Assembly (NCBI GenBank): GCA_963676835.2
Contig: CAXXFF010000002.1
Span: forward strand, 96,001 to 160,000
Length of the DNA: 64,000 nt
Direction: 5' to 3'
Source: Marispirochaeta sp.
GTDB taxonomy: Bacteria > Spirochaetota > Spirochaetia > JC444 > Marispirochaetaceae
Position numbers and translations under genes: made by a program. The notes under the pieces are model-generated. The model was not told the DNA's origin. It saw nothing but the letters and a program-made list of their open reading frames with translations, and made no database searches. Within the stretch, counting starts at the first letter, position 1, and every line of letters begins with the position of its first letter. This document shows, piece after piece, positions 61,077-64,000 of the stretch.

Positions 61077-62105
61077 CTACTGCCCCAGAGCCTCTTCTAT
61101 ATACTCAGGATGAAGAGCCGCCTTGAAGGCATCAATATCGGGAGACGAGATAATGGTCTGCTGGGTAACCAGAAAATCCGCAGTTGCCTTCAGCACACCG
61201 GCAAGATCTCCGATCTGCCCCTGTGTTCCCATATACCGGGAGGAGATCTGGTCTTCTCCGGTCAGCAGCACCAGACTTTTCATCTGCCGGGCAGCCTCTG
61301 CCTCGGGAATATCGAACTGACGGCTTACTGCAGCAGCAGCCTCACTGCTGTTTTCATTGTAAAAATCTACAGCACGGATCTCGCTCTTTATATACTTTGT
61401 CACCAGGTCGGGGTATTTTTCGGCGAACCCCTTTCTAACCACGGTAATATCTCCGGTAAGGTATCCGGCCGCTGCCAGTTTTCTGGAGTAGACAACAACC
61501 TTACCGCCACTCTCAACCATTTTTGCAAGAGTGGGCTCCCAGATAAAGCTGCCGTCAATATCTCCCCGGTGCCAGGCTGCCAGGGCATCAGGAGGCTGCA
61601 TATCAAAAATATCAACAGTTTCGGGATCTACCCCTTCAAGCTCCAGGGCTGCCAGCAGATGATAATGAGTGGTTGCACCAAAGGGAACAGCAATCTTCTT
61701 GCCCGCAAGGCTCTTTACATCGGTAATGCCAGAATCGTTTTTAACCACCAGAGCCTCATTGTCTCCGATAATATCGTGTATCCAGATCACATCGAAGGGA
61801 ACCTTGTTGGCAATACCCGCAGCAATTCCACTGCTTCCGGAAAGACCGATATCAATACTTCCCGCGGCAAGGCCAGTATTGAGTTCTGATCCCGAGTTCA
61901 GCTGAACCCATTCCACCAGAATACCGGTCTCCTCTTCGAACCAACCAAAATCCTTGGAGATTATCTGGCCGTTTGGTATGGCCTGAAATCCGATAACGAT
62001 CTTTTCCGGAGCACCGGAAGCGGATTCTTTATTCCCTGCAGCTGCAGCATCAAGTGCAAACAGTGCAAGAAGAGACAGCAGTACGATTCCTTTCTTCATA
62101 GTCAA
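61077..62105 (-). CDS. tauA: Taurine-type ABC substrate-binding protein
   Basis: IGDNEALVV, GKKIAVPFGATTHYHLL, AAWHRGDIDG.FIWEP, resembling TauA. Confidence 0.8.
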   Translation of the reverse strand: MTMKKGIVLLSLLALFALDAAAAGNKESASGAPEKIVIGFQAIPNGQIISKDFGWFEEETGILVEWVQLNSGSELNTGLAAGSIDIGLSGSSGIAAGIANKVPFDVIWIHDIIGDNEALVVKNDSGITDVKSLAGKKIAVPFGATTHYHLLAALELEGVDPETVDIFDMQPPDALAAWHRGDIDGSFIWEPTLAKMVESGGKVVVYSRKLAAAGYLTGDITVVRKGFAEKYPDLVTKYIKSEIRAVDFYNENSSEAAAAVSRQFDIPEAEAARQMKSLVLLTGEDQISSRYMGTQGQIGDLAGVLKATADFLVTQQTIISSPDIDAFKAALHPEYIEEALGQ

Positions 62106-62165
62106 TCCTCTTGTTCTTTATATTTTTCTGCCCTTTATACAAGGCCTCTTATACCTGTTGGATTT

Positions 62166-62957
62166 TTATACTTTCCCTTTCCAGGGAACGATCATCAGCT
62201 CGGCTATCCGGATAATCCTGTCCAGAATTATCCCGGTTATTCCCATAACAATAATCCCCATAAACATCACATCGCCCCGTAAGAATTTTCCCGCATCAAG
62301 CACCATCCAGCCGATACCGGAACGTGCCGCCACAATCTCCGAGGAGACAAGGGTGGTGTAGGTAAATCCTATACTGACCCGCATCCCGGTGAAAATACCC
62401 GGCAGACAGGAGGGAAAAATAACATGTACTAAAGTCTTCCATTTCCCCGCCCCGAGAGACCGGGCAACATGCACTCTCTCCATGGGGACAGAGGCAACAG
62501 CCGCCATGGCATTAATAGACAAAGGAGGAAAAGCAGCCATAAAAAGAAGGGTGATCTTCGATGCATTGCCAATGCCCAGCCATATAACCAGAATAGTGTA
62601 GTACGCCAGAGGCGGAAGGGGCCGGTAGAATTCAACCAGGGGATCAAAAACTGCCTTCACCTTTCTGCTGTAGCCCATAAACATGCCTAAGGGGATGGCC
62701 ACAATACAGGCTAAAAGAAAACCGGAAATAACCCGAAACAGACTGTCCCCTAAATGGTCCAGCAGTGTTCCTCCCCGGTACCCGTTAAGTGCGATATCCT
62801 TGAAGGCCTGAAAGACGCTGGCAGGAGTTGGGATAAAGTACTCGGGGAAAATCTTCAGACCGGCAATAACCGTCCAGGCCAGTAAAATGGCCAGAACCGA
62901 CAGTACCGAGATAATAAATTCACTTATTCTTTCTTTATCGTACTTCTTCATTCCCAT
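62166..62957 (-). CDS. tauC: Taurine-type ABC permease
   Basis: FDPLVEFYRPLPPLAY, IWLGIG, TTLVSSEIVAARSGIG. Confidence 0.85.
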   Translation of the reverse strand: MGMKKYDKERISEFIISVLSVLAILLAWTVIAGLKIFPEYFIPTPASVFQAFKDIALNGYRGGTLLDHLGDSLFRVISGFLLACIVAIPLGMFMGYSRKVKAVFDPLVEFYRPLPPLAYYTILVIWLGIGNASKITLLFMAAFPPLSINAMAAVASVPMERVHVARSLGAGKWKTLVHVIFPSCLPGIFTGMRVSIGFTYTTLVSSEIVAARSGIGWMVLDAGKFLRGDVMFMGIIVMGITGIILDRIIRIAELMIVPWKGKV

Positions 62958-62991
62958 AAGCGTCCAAGTACAGGATATAACCTATAATAAT

Positions 62992-63030
62992 AAAAAAAGG
63001 GGGTCAGTTCACGGAACCGACCCCTTTTTT
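62992..63030. terminator. Bidirectional-type terminator hairpin downstream of the YeeE gene
   Basis: AAAAAAAGGGGGTCAGTTC-ACG-GAACCGACCCCTTTTTT. Confidence 0.8.
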
Positions 63031-63042
63031 CTTGTGCTTAAA

Positions 63043-64000
63043 TCAGTTAACGCAGCTTGCCGCCGTTTTTCTGGCAACCACGTTGCCGATGATTCCTCCG
63101 CCTGTCAGGGCTGCAAGGAAAATCCATCCCGAAAGGGAAAAGTTGGCAATGGGAGTATACAGAGCACCCACGTTGCAGCCGTTGGCAAGACGGGTTCCAA
63201 ATCCCATAAAGAGACCGCCCATGGCGAAGAACACAACCTGCAAAGGCTTAACCTTAAGCTCCGAGGTGAAAGTTGCCTTGAAGGTACCTGCCAGAAGAAG
63301 AGCTATAAGAGTACCAAGCACAATGCCTATGTTCTGCACCGAAACGGGATTAACAAAAATGGATGTTTCAAAAAAGCCTGCCGGCATATGGGTAAATGCT
63401 GCAATGGATTCTGAAGAAACTCCAAAGAGCATCAGAAGCTTGCCAAACCACATACCGTAAACAGTGGAAGCCCCCCACCCTGCTTTTGTAATACCCATAA
63501 GCAGAGAAAAGACCACGGCAATTACAATTGCCCCGGTTCGCATCTGCCAGGGACGGACAAAAAGCATATCATAGGTCTCACTGCTGAAAAGCTTGAAGGG
63601 TTTTGCAGCTCCCCGCTCTTCAAGAAGCCTGTTCTGCTCAAGCTCTGTTCCTACACCGGAAAACCGGTTCGCAGCAATCTGCTTATCTTCATATTTCCTG
63701 GCAAGCCAGGCGACCAGAGCCGCCAGCAGCACAGTAAGAATCACCGCACCAAGGTAACCGCTCATACCGTCCCACATAAACAGATCCGGAAGATAGACAC
63801 CGCCGGCAAGCTGCTCGCCGGTAACGGTGGAAAACCAGGAATCCGTAACCCATGATGCGGTCTTCTGTACAGGAAACCCGATAAAAACTCCAAAAGCGAA
63901 GAACACCAGGGTGGCTGCTGCCCGGGGAAGTCCGGTCACCAGGTCGGTAAGTACTCCCGAAGCACAGCACGAGGAAAAGGTCATACCGAAACCGAAGGAA
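63043..64000 (-). CDS. YeeE/YedE sulfur-compound transporter (5' end outside the window)
   Basis: FGFGM....CCASG and MGFGTRLANGCNVG conserved Cys motifs; multi-TM. Confidence 0.85.
   Translation of the reverse strand, partial: SFGFGMTFSSCCASGVLTDLVTGLPRAAATLVFFAFGVFIGFPVQKTASWVTDSWFSTVTGEQLAGGVYLPDLFMWDGMSGYLGAVILTVLLAALVAWLARKYEDKQIAANRFSGVGTELEQNRLLEERGAAKPFKLFSSETYDMLFVRPWQMRTGAIVIAVVFSLLMGITKAGWGASTVYGMWFGKLLMLFGVSSESIAAFTHMPAGFFETSIFVNPVSVQNIGIVLGTLIALLLAGTFKATFTSELKVKPLQVVFFAMGGLFMGFGTRLANGCNVGALYTPIANFSLSGWIFLAALTGGGIIGNVVARKTAASCVN

Noticed and set aside
55220..61889. Opposite-strand ORFs 55220-56044, 58684-59295, 60557-61126 and 61110-61889
   Set aside because: They lie almost entirely antisense to well-supported genes; typical codon-bias shadows.
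62992..63030. GGGGTC...GACCCC hairpin as a member of the 25678 palindrome family
   Set aside because: Only the GGGGT/ACCCC ends match; the A and T tails and its position after a stop codon fit a terminator.

Overview
Gene-dense, mostly chromosomal window from a bacterium that is probably an anaerobic free-living spirochaete (inferred from gene style, not proven). No rRNA, tRNA or CRISPR array was recognised. Housekeeping and metabolic genes include an acyl-CoA synthetase, typA, serC, tsaC/sua5, trxB, trkAH, selO, an MCP and several regulators. Five accessory features stand out. (1) A REP-associated tyrosine transposase with its own palindromic REP family, one copy of which sits in-frame inside the gene. 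(2) A nickel-pincer cofactor operon larCEB, with no larA in the window, divergent from a frameshifted FmdE gene and a FecCD-type metal ABC transporter. (3) An AAA+/DUF4143 gene on a 1.7 kb segment bracketed by a diverged duplicate of the larB 3' end, plus a second, truncated DUF4143 gene abutting a perfect palindrome. (4) A 1640-aa GH13 + GT5 glycogen-synthase fusion. (5) The best candidate for an undescribed system: a tightly coupled Arn-like envelope-modification pathway (esterase, ArnE/F-like flippase pair, GT2, ATP-grasp ligase, sulfonate-type ABC importer) converging on an ArnT-like transferase that is coupled to a taurine-type ABC operon beside a YeeE sulfur transporter. All product calls come from motif recognition by eye, not database searches.
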